From: a virus
Lineage: Duplodnaviria > Caudoviricetes
IMG/VR virus record: IMGVR_UViG_3300030102_004787
Coordinates: 1-59,211 of that record
Length of the DNA: 59,211 nucleotides
Reading direction: 5' to 3' (one strand)
Below are positions 20,341 through 30,030 of this stretch, piece by piece. Both the position numbers and the translations under genes were made by a program. The notes below the pieces were generated by a model. That model did not search any database, was not told where the DNA came from, and saw only the letters and a list, made by a program, of their open reading frames with translations. Each line of letters opens with the position of its first letter. Position 1 is the stretch's first letter.

Positions 20341-21075
20341 ATGAAAAAAGAAATAAAAGACAGAACGTATAGGCTACGTAATAATGTAAAGCCTTTGAGT
20401 TACACTCTTAACTCAAGAAACAGCAGAAGAAAACCCCTTTTACATTTTGATGGAACAACAAGTAGACCACTCAGGTATGCTTCAAATCAAAAGTCACCCT
20501 TTGAAGATGAGCAGGATGCTAATGTGGTTTTAGAACCTGTTGTTTTTGAAGATGGTATGTTGTTTGTACCAAAAAACAACCCTGTATTACAAGAGTTTTT
20601 ATATTATCACCCTGCAAACGGGCAAATATTTGAAGAAATAGATAAAGAAAAAGATGCTCAAGAAGAGGTGCAATATTTAGAATTAGAAGCTAAAGCACAG
20701 AAAGAAGCGGCTGAACTTACTTTTGAAAAAATGGAATCTTTAGCTAGAGTATATTTAAATGTAGATACTAGGATTGCTGCATCTTCTGAAATAAAAAGAG
20801 ATGTACTATTGTTTGCAAGAAACAATCCTGAAGACTTTTTAAACTCACTAGAAGATCCAGATTTAGATTTATTTGATAATATTGATAAAATATTTCAGCA
20901 AGGTTTATTAAAGACCAGGAACAATGACAAAGAGATTTTTTACAATTTAAAATCTAAGAAAACAAAGTTGTGCAGTATTCCATTTGGTGAGACTCCATCT
21001 TCAGTGTTAAGTAGTTTTTTCAAAAAAGAAAATAACGTTGAAATATATGAAGCATTAGTTAAAATGTTAAAATAA
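20341..21075 (+). CDS. Hypothetical protein (head module)
   Basis: 244 aa ORF. Confidence 0.75.
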   Translation: MKKEIKDRTYRLRNNVKPLSYTLNSRNSRRKPLLHFDGTTSRPLRYASNQKSPFEDEQDANVVLEPVVFEDGMLFVPKNNPVLQEFLYYHPANGQIFEEIDKEKDAQEEVQYLELEAKAQKEAAELTFEKMESLARVYLNVDTRIAASSEIKRDVLLFARNNPEDFLNSLEDPDLDLFDNIDKIFQQGLLKTRNNDKEIFYNLKSKKTKLCSIPFGETPSSVLSSFFKKENNVEIYEALVKMLK

Positions 21076-21082
21076 AATTTGT

Positions 21083-21090
21083 TATATTTG
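21083..21090 (+). promoter_or_regulatory. -7 promoter element of the candidate small RNA
   Basis: TATATTTG with no ORF before the terminator 50 nt downstream. Confidence 0.55.
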
Positions 21091-21092
21091 TA

Positions 21093-21170
21093 GTGATTTA
21101 ATTGTTTGTTTTAATCACAACTCTACTTATCCTTACAATCAAGCCCCACTCACTACAGTGGGGTTTTTTT
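21093..21170 (+). ncRNA. Candidate ~78-nt small RNA
   Basis: Promoter motif, then 5' hairpin GTGATT/AATCAC with a TTGTTTGT loop, then an intrinsic terminator. Confidence 0.45.
21141..21170 (+). terminator. Intrinsic terminator
   Basis: AAGCCCCACT-CACTAC-AGTGGGGTT followed by a T run. Confidence 0.85.
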
Positions 21171-21172
21171 AT

Positions 21173-21180
21173 TACCTTTG
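21173..21180 (+). promoter_or_regulatory. Bacteroidota-type -7 promoter element
   Basis: TACCTTTG right after the terminator and before ATG 21212. Confidence 0.6.
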
Positions 21181-21211
21181 TTTTTTATTAACCAACTTAA
21201 TTTTTTAAACA

Positions 21212-21493
21212 ATGCAAAAGTTTTTAAGTATACCTGTAACAAATGAGCAAAACCAGTTGGTTTCTGCTACAGATGTTAAATTAATCGAACAAGCTTCTAC
21301 GACTACAGTAACAATTACTTACGGTGGTGGAAAAGTAACAACTATCACTCACGGTACAGCTCCAGCTGGAAATGAGGAAATGAGAGACAAAATCCAAGAT
21401 GAAGTGGTTGAAGCACTACAGCAAACTTGGAAAAGTGTAATAAAGCAAGTAGCTGATTTACCATACGCAGTATCTGGGATTGCTATATCATAA
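21212..21493 (+). CDS. Small putative structural protein
   Basis: 93 aa; paralog of the next ORF. Confidence 0.75.
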   Translation: MQKFLSIPVTNEQNQLVSATDVKLIEQASTTTVTITYGGGKVTTITHGTAPAGNEEMRDKIQDEVVEALQQTWKSVIKQVADLPYAVSGIAIS

Positions 21494-21497
21494 AATA

Positions 21498-22022
21498 ATG
21501 GAAAAGTTTTTAAACGTACAAGTCCAGGATTTTATAGTTAGCGGAACTTCGATTACTGCAGGAGGAGTTAATTACTTAACTGATAACGGAGGTGAATTTG
21601 CTAATGTAGCTTCTGGTGACATTATTCATCAAACTACAAATAATCAATTTTATCTAGTAGATCAAAAAGTAGATAATAATAACGTTACAATTACTGCAAT
21701 TACCTTATTTGCACCAGCATCTATTGCGTCTGGTAAAGCATATTCAGTATATTCTGCAACAGAGTTTAATCACCAAATGATATCTGTAAGTAATGTAGCT
21801 CTTATTGAACAGGCAGTGGCTAATCAAACAGTTTTAAAATTTGATGATGTTGCAGCCGTAGATACACTAACTATAGTTCATACTGATGTCCCTCTTCTTA
21901 GTGAATACGTTAGGGATTTAGTAGAAGATGAAATGGTAAAAGCTTATCAAACACATTGGAAAGATGTGTTGCATACTATAGACACCACTCCATACTTCGT
22001 TACTAATATTACTATAGCTTAA
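21498..22022 (+). CDS. Paralog of 21212..21493 with an ~80 aa insertion
   Basis: ATG 21498 (MEKFLNV vs MQKFLSI); shared LIEQA, RD..DE.V.A.Q..WK.V and PY.V..I.I. Confidence 0.75.
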   Translation: MEKFLNVQVQDFIVSGTSITAGGVNYLTDNGGEFANVASGDIIHQTTNNQFYLVDQKVDNNNVTITAITLFAPASIASGKAYSVYSATEFNHQMISVSNVALIEQAVANQTVLKFDDVAAVDTLTIVHTDVPLLSEYVRDLVEDEMVKAYQTHWKDVLHTIDTTPYFVTNITIA

Positions 22023-22036
22023 TTTAGTTCAAACAT

Positions 22037-22071
22037 AGAAGAGCGTCTTATCAGATGCTCTTCTTTTTTTT
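22037..22071 (+). terminator. Intrinsic terminator
   Basis: AGAAGAGCGTCT-TATC-AGATGCTCTTCT followed by a T run. Confidence 0.85.
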
Positions 22072-22074
22072 GAT

Positions 22075-22082
22075 TATCTTTG
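22075..22082 (+). promoter_or_regulatory. Bacteroidota-type -7 promoter element
   Basis: TATCTTTG before the tail operon. Confidence 0.65.
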
Positions 22083-22098
22083 TAAAAAAGGTATTTAG

Positions 22099-22824
22099 AT
22101 GATCAATGAAGTAAGAAACACAGTATTATCTATTTTAAATAAAAATAACTACGGATATATTTCACCTTCTGATTTTAACTTGTTTGCTAAACAAGCTCAA
22201 CTAGACATATTCGAACAATATTTTTATGGATATAATAGACAAATTAACCAGCAAAACAATAGGCTAGGAAGGCTTTCTGGAAGTGGTTTAGCTGACCTAA
22301 AAAAGCAATTAGCAGAAGTAATAGATACTTTTACTATGCAAACTACTATTTCTCAAGCAGCTGGTGTTTATCCACTCCCTGATGATTGGTACACATTGTT
22401 AGATTTACTCAGTGGAACTACTATAGTAGAAAGAGTTAATGAGTCGAAAATAAACTTACTAAACTCATCACTATTAACTGCCCCATCTGAAGAGTTTCCA
22501 GCTTACGTATTTCAACCTAGTGTATCGCCATCCACAAACTTATCTAACTCTTTAAGGGTTTATCCTAACACCATTGTAGGAAACTTAATTTTGCAATACA
22601 TTAGATACCCTAAAGACCCAAAATGGACTTTTACTTCTCTTTTATTAGGAGAGCCTATATTTGATCAATCACAACCAGACTACCAAGACTTTGAGTTGCC
22701 TATGTCTGACTATGATGAATTGGTAACTAGAATACTCAAGTACAGCGGCTTATCTATAAGAGAAGCTGCGATTGTTGCAGACGCTAATGCAACTGAAGTA
22801 TTAACTACACAAACTGAAACATAA
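22099..22824 (+). CDS. Putative head-tail adaptor / tail ring protein
   Basis: FNLFAKQAQLDIF, YPLPDDW and YIRYPKDP pattern; position in the tail module. Confidence 0.6.
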   Translation: MINEVRNTVLSILNKNNYGYISPSDFNLFAKQAQLDIFEQYFYGYNRQINQQNNRLGRLSGSGLADLKKQLAEVIDTFTMQTTISQAAGVYPLPDDWYTLLDLLSGTTIVERVNESKINLLNSSLLTAPSEEFPAYVFQPSVSPSTNLSNSLRVYPNTIVGNLILQYIRYPKDPKWTFTSLLLGEPIFDQSQPDYQDFELPMSDYDELVTRILKYSGLSIREAAIVADANATEVLTTQTET

Positions 22825-23756
22825 TGGCTTACATTTCTCAGTATCAATATTATGAAAATAATGGCAATCAACCTCAAAACAAAAACTGGGGTTCTTATCA
22901 GTATGTATCTTTAAAAGATATTGTCAATAATTATTTGTTAATGTACCACGACAATAATAATTTAACAACTAACGAAGAAAGGTACAAGATATTATTTCAC
23001 GCCAAAAGAGCAATACAAGAATTAAATTACGATGCTTTTAAGGAAATTAAAATTTTAGAACTTGAAGTTTGTGATGACACTTTAAGATATATATTACCAT
23101 CTGATTATGTAAATTGGGTGAGAATATCTATTTATCACAACGGAGTTTTATTTCCTTTAACAGAAAATATTCAGACAAATTATGCAGAGGCATATTTACA
23201 AGATAATGATTGTAATATTTTATTTGACCAAAACGGAAATGTCTTGAAACCAAATGATTCTAACATTGATATGGATAGAATTAAAAAAAGAAAAAAGAGT
23301 ATATACCTAAATGAATCTAGTCCTTTTCACGGACAATATGGTTGGTATCTTGAAGAAGCTGGTTGTTGGGCTTTTACTTATGCTTTTGGAAGACGATTTG
23401 GTTTAAATACAGAAACCGCAAATGCTTTACCTACTTTTAGAATAGATAATAAAGGTGGTGTTATTAATTTTAGCAGTGGAGCTGGTGGTAAAACAGTTAT
23501 ACTAGAATATGTTTCTGATGGTATGGAAAATGGAAACAACTCTTCGATAACTGTAAATAAATTGTTTGAAGAATTTATATATGCTTATATTACATATTCA
23601 TTATTAAATTCTAAATTAGGTATTCCTGAATACCAAGTGCAAAGAGCTAGAAGAAACAAAAGTTCTTTACTTAGAAATGCGAAGATTAGAATGAGCAACA
23701 TACATCCAGGTAGGTTGTTAATGAATCTAAGAGGTCAGGATAAAATAATTAAGTAG
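22824..23756 (+). CDS. Putative tail ring / adaptor protein
   Basis: KRAIQELNYD, LPSDYVNWVRIS and ILEYVSDG; position. Confidence 0.6.
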   Translation: MAYISQYQYYENNGNQPQNKNWGSYQYVSLKDIVNNYLLMYHDNNNLTTNEERYKILFHAKRAIQELNYDAFKEIKILELEVCDDTLRYILPSDYVNWVRISIYHNGVLFPLTENIQTNYAEAYLQDNDCNILFDQNGNVLKPNDSNIDMDRIKKRKKSIYLNESSPFHGQYGWYLEEAGCWAFTYAFGRRFGLNTETANALPTFRIDNKGGVINFSSGAGGKTVILEYVSDGMENGNNSSITVNKLFEEFIYAYITYSLLNSKLGIPEYQVQRARRNKSSLLRNAKIRMSNIHPGRLLMNLRGQDKIIK

Positions 23757-23757
23757 A

Positions 23758-26700
23758 ATGAAGACAGTAAGTACTTTTTTAAAGGGCGTAATGAATAAGT
23801 CCGATGATGAAAGGATTTTAGCTCCAGGAGAATACATTGATGCTTTAAATTTACGTACTGGTTCTACCGCTGTTTCAGAAGTTGGTTCATTAGAAAAAGC
23901 AAAAGGAAACGAAAAATTAACTGACATTACATTTCAAGGAACAGCTTTATCATCTGAAGCTGTTTGCATTGGTAGTTACGCTGACCAGATATCTAATAAT
24001 ATCTATTGGTTTATTAATGACCCAAACAATGGTGATTTAATTGTGTCTTACAATGTAGTAACAGGAAACATTATATATCACGTTTTATCAGTTAGTGTTT
24101 TAAACTTTAATAAGACTTATCACATAAATGGTGTTAACTTGATTGGTGATTTACTTTTTTGGACAGATGACTATAATCCTCCTAGAAAAATAAACGTAAA
24201 AAGAACTTATGGGTTGCCTACTGGTGGTAGTGATACTATTGTGGAAGATGACTTATCTGTCATTGTAAAACCACCTTCAGAAAAACCTACTGTTATTTTA
24301 ACAGAATCTCCTCCTTTAGAAGAAGGTTATGTTTTTGATAATTTCCTGTGTTTTGCATACAGATACCGATATTTAGATGGGGAGTACAGTGCTTTATCAC
24401 AGTTTACTTCTCCTGCATTTAGACCTCAAGATGAATTTGATTTTGATTTTTCTACATCTTTAAATGATTCAATGCAAAATAAATTTAATTCTTTAACTCT
24501 TCAGTTTAATACTGGGGATAAAAGAGTCACAGATATAGAGCTTTGTTTTAAAGATTCTAATAATGATGTTATAAAAGTTATAGACAGTTATAATAAAGCT
24601 GAAAATGGGTGGGTAAATAATGCCACACAAAGTATTTTATTTAAAGATAAAAAAATTAAAAACGTATTAGCAACTTCAGAGATATTAAGACTTTTTGATA
24701 ATGTTCCTAGATTTGCTAAAGCTCAGACTTTTCAGTCTAATAGATTGATGTATGGTAACTATGTAGATGGATACAACATAAAAGATTCTAATGGTAATGA
24801 TATAAACATTAATTTTAATTCAGAACTTTTTCAACCTAGTCAGGAAAGCCCCCTAACAAACACATCTACTTCTTCAAATATTGTAGGGACAATAACAGAT
24901 TCCGATTACTTAATGGGAAATCCTGGTGTAACAAATACCATTAGCGACACTGAAGCCACTTTTGATTTTACTGGGGTTCAATTTACGGCTGGAACTTTAA
25001 TTACATTTAGTTGTTCCATTGTTTCTGGATTACAATCAGAAGTGGTAAACGACAATGCTGCCCTTTTAAACCTAAATGTAACTAGATCCAATCCAGTTAT
25101 AGCAAACGTTGGATTTTCGTTTTATATAAATGACTCCTATGCTAATGCATACGATTTTTTTAACAGTGATGAATTTGAAAGAGCTTTTGGGATTGGCCCT
25201 GCTAATATTGCACCTACAAAGTCTTTTACTTCTTTTACCAGCGCAGGAAGTGGATCTCCACCGACAGTTACAGATATTATAAATAATGGGTCTTTATTAA
25301 ACCCAGCTGGAAATACGGTTACGGGTACAACCGCAAATCCTGTAAACTCAGCTGCTAATTTTGCATCGCCCAACAACCCTACAGGTTGTCAAGATGGAAC
25401 TTCTATATCTCCTCCAAATTATCCTGTTGGACAAACAGGTTTTAAGATAACCACTGTTGCACCTCCAAACAATGATACCAATAAAATAACAATGCAACTT
25501 CCTATGCCTGTTTACTACAGTACACCAGGTAGTGCAGGTGGAGTTTTTTCTTTTGAAGGTGTTAGGTATCAGGCTTCAGCTCCTCCGTTTTTTACAGTAA
25601 ATGGTCTTTCTGATAAAAAGAGTTTACATAGTAACAGGGATTACGATATTGGTCTTATATATATGGATGAATACAATAGATCTTCTACTCCATTATTAAG
25701 TAACAACAGTAGTTTTAAAGTGCCAGCTTCAAATTCTGTTATACAAAACAAAGCAAAAACTACTATCCCCCCATCAATGAATCCTCCTTCTTGGGCTAAA
25801 AAATATAAATTTGCTATCAAACCCTCTGGTCTTGATTATGACACTATATATGCTGTAAGAGCATATCCAGATGCCGATGAAGTTGATTTTTTTTGGTGTC
25901 TATTAGAAGGAGAACAAGCTGCTAAAGTTACTGAAGGTCAAATACTAATAGCTAAAAACGATGGCAACTCACCGAAAAGTAATTACGAAGAAGTAGTTGT
26001 TATAACAAAAACTACACAACCTAATATTAATTCTAGTACATATAATTTTCCAGCTGGAGTTTATATTAAGTTGAAAAGAACTACCAGTTATGACCCTATA
26101 GGGGGAGATTTTAAATCAGTAAATGTTGAGGAGGTAAAATCTGAGCAAGGATCTTCTCTAGCTCCTCAATATGCTAATTTGTGTTTAGATTTATCGCCTA
26201 TGCTTACAGGCCCCTGGACAACAGGTATTATTCCTGTAGGTACTTACATTACAATTGACGTTTTATTTGAGAGAGAAAAGGCTGATACTTTTCTTTTTAC
26301 TGCTTGTAAAGAAATAGGTTATCAACATTTAAAAATAACTAAAAGAGCAAATAAAGATTATAATGTGTCAACAGGACCTCCTGGTAACAATTTTAGAAGT
26401 AACTTAACTCAAATGATTGTTGATCAGTTTGTTCCTGGATTTAATGGTGATTTTCCTGTGTCAAACATATTTTTTGGTCCAAACTCAGAGCCTGAGTTTC
26501 CTATTAAATTTACTGGAGAAATTATTCAAACTCCTTCCGCTAATAAGCCACTTGGAGATTATCACGTAATAACTTTAAATCCATCGAATACTCCAGGAAA
26601 TCCAGCTATTGGATTTGCTTGTAATTACCAAGCTTGCACTAGTGCAGTTAGTCCTACAGAACTTGATTTTGCTCCTAGTAAAATTTCAGCTAGTATTACA

Positions 26701-28644
26701 ATATCAGAACAAATATCTCAACCACTTGTTTTTGAAACAGAGCCAGTTGAATCAAATCCTAATTTCTTTTTTGAAGGAGAAGAATCTTATGAAATAACAA
26801 ACGGCAAACACCAAGGAAATTTTCAAAATCAATTTGATTGGGATTTTCACGACAATGCTCAAAACAATGCGTATAGAACTTTAGCTTCATTACCTCCTTC
26901 TCCTAATGGATATGGTGGTAATGTGGCTTTTTCAGACTCAACAGTAGTAGGTGGAAATAACACTCCTCATTCTTACTCTGTGGGTGATACCGTTATAATA
27001 AACCAAAGTGTTGGCTTTACTCACACAGAATATCAAGGAGAACACACAGTTGTAGAGATACCTGATCAATATACCATTGTTATAGATGTTGCTTTTCAAG
27101 GATCAACATCTCAACAAGGTGGATCAGCTAATTCACCTGCCATTATTATAAATGAATTTTATGACTGTTTTACATTTAGAAATGGAGTAGAAAGTATTAG
27201 AATATTAGATTCTATTAAAAAACAAAACTTTACTATAGGAAACAGAGTTTATGGAGTGTCTGATGAAGAGTTCAAAGAAGCTGATAGAGGAGCTTCTGTA
27301 ACGTATAGTGGGTTATTTAACTTAGAAGGAAATATTAATCGTTTAAATTCTTTTAATTTAGGAAACTTAAACTTTAAAGATTTAGACAATAGGTATGGAG
27401 ATATACAAATATTAGATGGTAGAAAATCTGATTTATTGGCTTTACAAGAAAATAAAATATCTTATGTTCTTGCAGAAAAAACTCAATTACTAAACTCTGA
27501 TGGAAGCGCAAATATATCAGCATCTACAAATGTGTTAGGAACTCAAATTGCTAGAGTTGAAGAGTATGGTATTAGTAGAAACCCAGAAAGTTATGTACAA
27601 TATGGTGTTGGTAAATATTTCACAGACTCTGCTAGAGGTGCTGTTATAGAGCTTCGTGGAGATTCGTACAGTAATGAACAGCTTAGTGTAGTTTCAAATT
27701 TTGGGTTGAGAAGTTGGTTTAGGGATTTATTTATTGAATATCCAAACACACAAAAAATAGGTTCTTACGACCCTTTTATTGACGAATATGTTTTATCTTC
27801 TAATGAAATTAAATTACCCCAAGAGATAAAACTATACAACTGTGGAAATATATTAACTTTTACAACAAGAAAAGATAATGTAAATTACATTGTAGATTAC
27901 GGAACTGGTGTAGGTTCAGGAAGTCTTGGATATGATATTTCTGCAGGTGAGATTACATTAAACGTAACTTATGATGGAACCACCGCTACCACAGGAGCTG
28001 TTACTGGTAGTGGAACTTTAAACTTTACAAAAGACAAAGCGTCTGTAGAAGAAGCTAATGTTGAGGTAGTTGTGAGTAATCCAAGTGTAACACCAGCTAC
28101 TTTTCAATTAACAAACACTTGTATTAATGCTGCTGAATTTTCAGTTGTTTTAGTAACTGTTTATAATCCTGCTGATGCTGGAAAACAAATAACCAATAAG
28201 TTTAGATGGTCTAATTCAGAGCCTTTTGCAAGCCCATTGTATTCGGATACCATTATTTTTGAAACTGACATTATCCCTGGAAAAACAGCCGGCAACTATG
28301 TAGCTCAGTATGAAATTATATCAGGTCAAGAAGGTGTTAATATGATACCGACCACAGGTTTGGTTACAGGATCTGTTTCTTCAGTGGTGGATGTTATTAC
28401 TTCCAAGGAAGTTTCTGACACGTATGATTTTGATCCTACTAGTAACAGGCAAATGTATTTTTGGAGTAACATATTATACCAAAATGAGCCAACTAATATT
28501 AATGCTTTGCTTACAGCAGCCAACAATATTTCTGGCACATCTGAAATAACAAATGGTGTGTATTCAGGTTCATTTAATTTTAATCCTTCTGCACCACCTC
28601 CAGCTTTAAATTATCTTTATATTATATATGATTATTTTACATAA
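23758..28644 (+). CDS. Large tail nozzle/stabilisation-type protein
   Basis: 1628 aa beta-rich; MNKSDDERI..GEYIDALN start, LLFWTDDYNPPRKIN, FAYRYRY, NRLMYGNY, EEYGISRNPES. Confidence 0.65.
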   Translation: MKTVSTFLKGVMNKSDDERILAPGEYIDALNLRTGSTAVSEVGSLEKAKGNEKLTDITFQGTALSSEAVCIGSYADQISNNIYWFINDPNNGDLIVSYNVVTGNIIYHVLSVSVLNFNKTYHINGVNLIGDLLFWTDDYNPPRKINVKRTYGLPTGGSDTIVEDDLSVIVKPPSEKPTVILTESPPLEEGYVFDNFLCFAYRYRYLDGEYSALSQFTSPAFRPQDEFDFDFSTSLNDSMQNKFNSLTLQFNTGDKRVTDIELCFKDSNNDVIKVIDSYNKAENGWVNNATQSILFKDKKIKNVLATSEILRLFDNVPRFAKAQTFQSNRLMYGNYVDGYNIKDSNGNDININFNSELFQPSQESPLTNTSTSSNIVGTITDSDYLMGNPGVTNTISDTEATFDFTGVQFTAGTLITFSCSIVSGLQSEVVNDNAALLNLNVTRSNPVIANVGFSFYINDSYANAYDFFNSDEFERAFGIGPANIAPTKSFTSFTSAGSGSPPTVTDIINNGSLLNPAGNTVTGTTANPVNSAANFASPNNPTGCQDGTSISPPNYPVGQTGFKITTVAPPNNDTNKITMQLPMPVYYSTPGSAGGVFSFEGVRYQASAPPFFTVNGLSDKKSLHSNRDYDIGLIYMDEYNRSSTPLLSNNSSFKVPASNSVIQNKAKTTIPPSMNPPSWAKKYKFAIKPSGLDYDTIYAVRAYPDADEVDFFWCLLEGEQAAKVTEGQILIAKNDGNSPKSNYEEVVVITKTTQPNINSSTYNFPAGVYIKLKRTTSYDPIGGDFKSVNVEEVKSEQGSSLAPQYANLCLDLSPMLTGPWTTGIIPVGTYITIDVLFEREKADTFLFTACKEIGYQHLKITKRANKDYNVSTGPPGNNFRSNLTQMIVDQFVPGFNGDFPVSNIFFGPNSEPEFPIKFTGEIIQTPSANKPLGDYHVITLNPSNTPGNPAIGFACNYQACTSAVSPTELDFAPSKISASITISEQISQPLVFETEPVESNPNFFFEGEESYEITNGKHQGNFQNQFDWDFHDNAQNNAYRTLASLPPSPNGYGGNVAFSDSTVVGGNNTPHSYSVGDTVIINQSVGFTHTEYQGEHTVVEIPDQYTIVIDVAFQGSTSQQGGSANSPAIIINEFYDCFTFRNGVESIRILDSIKKQNFTIGNRVYGVSDEEFKEADRGASVTYSGLFNLEGNINRLNSFNLGNLNFKDLDNRYGDIQILDGRKSDLLALQENKISYVLAEKTQLLNSDGSANISASTNVLGTQIARVEEYGISRNPESYVQYGVGKYFTDSARGAVIELRGDSYSNEQLSVVSNFGLRSWFRDLFIEYPNTQKIGSYDPFIDEYVLSSNEIKLPQEIKLYNCGNILTFTTRKDNVNYIVDYGTGVGSGSLGYDISAGEITLNVTYDGTTATTGAVTGSGTLNFTKDKASVEEANVEVVVSNPSVTPATFQLTNTCINAAEFSVVLVTVYNPADAGKQITNKFRWSNSEPFASPLYSDTIIFETDIIPGKTAGNYVAQYEIISGQEGVNMIPTTGLVTGSVSSVVDVITSKEVSDTYDFDPTSNRQMYFWSNILYQNEPTNINALLTAANNISGTSEITNGVYSGSFNFNPSAPPPALNYLYIIYDYFT

Positions 28645-29444
28645 TGTCAGAATATACTTTAACATATAGCCCACAAGACAAAGGATGGCCTTCTTTTTAT
28701 TCTTTTATACCAGAGTCTATGGTAGGTCTAAATAATTATTTTTATTCATTTAAAAATGGTCAGTTATACCGACACAATACTAATGAAAATAGAGCTAATT
28801 TTTATAATGTTCAGTATGACTCTACTGTTACTAGTGTGTTTAATCAATCTCCTTTGCAAAATAAATTATTTAAAACTCTTGAAATACAATCAGACACAAA
28901 GTGGAAAGCTAATTTAGAAACTGATTTATTAGACTCTCAAGGAGTTGTTCAAAAAGCATTAATAGAAAATAATTATTTTGAAACTAAAGAAGGAAACCAA
29001 TTTGCATTTATTAGATATGTAAGTAATGATGTTGACTTTTTAATAAGATATGCAAATGGTATTGCTAGTTGTACAACAGTAACCAATATAGGTGGTAATT
29101 TATATGAAATAGCTTTTGGAGTTGGTGTTCAAATAGACTCTATACTCAGTGTAGGTGATACTATATTTTCTCCAGGAGTTGCTCCTTCTGGTGTAAAAGC
29201 ATCTGGAACAGTTACAGCTGTTAATCGTTCTACAAATATTATAACTATAGAAGCAGTTTTACCTATTTTACCGCCATTAAATGGTGAATTTATAATGTAT
29301 GTTAAAAATACGGTGGCTGAATCACACGGTGTAAGAGGTCATTATATGAAATATACATTAACAAGTCAGGATAGATTTCCTTCAGAATTGTTTTCTGTAG
29401 TGTCAGATGCGATGATGAGTCACCCTACTTTACGTAAAAATTAA
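28644..29444 (+). CDS. Tail protein (continuation of the nozzle module)
   Basis: GWPSFYSFIPE, KLFKTLEI and GVRGHY motifs; translationally coupled to the upstream gene. Confidence 0.6.
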   Translation: MSEYTLTYSPQDKGWPSFYSFIPESMVGLNNYFYSFKNGQLYRHNTNENRANFYNVQYDSTVTSVFNQSPLQNKLFKTLEIQSDTKWKANLETDLLDSQGVVQKALIENNYFETKEGNQFAFIRYVSNDVDFLIRYANGIASCTTVTNIGGNLYEIAFGVGVQIDSILSVGDTIFSPGVAPSGVKASGTVTAVNRSTNIITIEAVLPILPPLNGEFIMYVKNTVAESHGVRGHYMKYTLTSQDRFPSELFSVVSDAMMSHPTLRKN

Positions 29445-29445
29445 C

Positions 29446-29453
29446 TATATTTG
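29446..29453 (+). promoter_or_regulatory. Bacteroidota-type -7 promoter element
   Basis: TATATTTG before the ejection-protein genes. Confidence 0.65.
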
Positions 29454-29484
29454 CATTTAAAGCTTACTTAAAAACAAACTCTTT

Positions 29485-30027
29485 ATGGATCCACTCACAG
29501 CAAAGATATTATTGACTTTAGGACTTCAAGCTGCTAGCGGTATTGGAGATTTAGTTAGTGCAAACAAATCAAGAGAGTTAATGCAAGATGCTGAAGATGC
29601 TGCAAGTTTAGCTGTGGAAGATGCTATGAAACAAGCTAAAATAAATGCTGAAAAATTAAGAACAGTAAACGAAGATATATATACACCACAAATAGAAGCT
29701 ACATCACAATCAGCTTCTCAAATATTGGAAAACGTAGGCGGTGATTTTAGAACAGCTTTAGCTTTAGCACCTGGATTACAACAACAAGTTAGTAAGACTC
29801 AGCAAGATATATTTGCTCAAAGACAAAAAGATATTCAACAACTCGAATCTGATATAGCAACTGAAGAACAAGCTGTTGCAAAAAGAATTCAGGATATTCA
29901 GTTAGAGAGAGCTAAAGGTGCTCAAATAGCTGCTGCTCAATTTGAACAACAAAAAGCAGCTCAAATGCAAAGAGGTTTTGAAGCTTTTGGTGAAGCAGGT
30001 GCTGAATTATTTAATTACTTAGCATAA
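29485..30027 (+). CDS. Putative internal virion / ejection protein
   Basis: MDPLT start, hydrophobic N-terminus, Ala/Gln-rich coiled coil. Confidence 0.6.
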   Translation: MDPLTAKILLTLGLQAASGIGDLVSANKSRELMQDAEDAASLAVEDAMKQAKINAEKLRTVNEDIYTPQIEATSQSASQILENVGGDFRTALALAPGLQQQVSKTQQDIFAQRQKDIQQLESDIATEEQAVAKRIQDIQLERAKGAQIAAAQFEQQKAAQMQRGFEAFGEAGAELFNYLA

Positions 30028-30030
30028 AAA

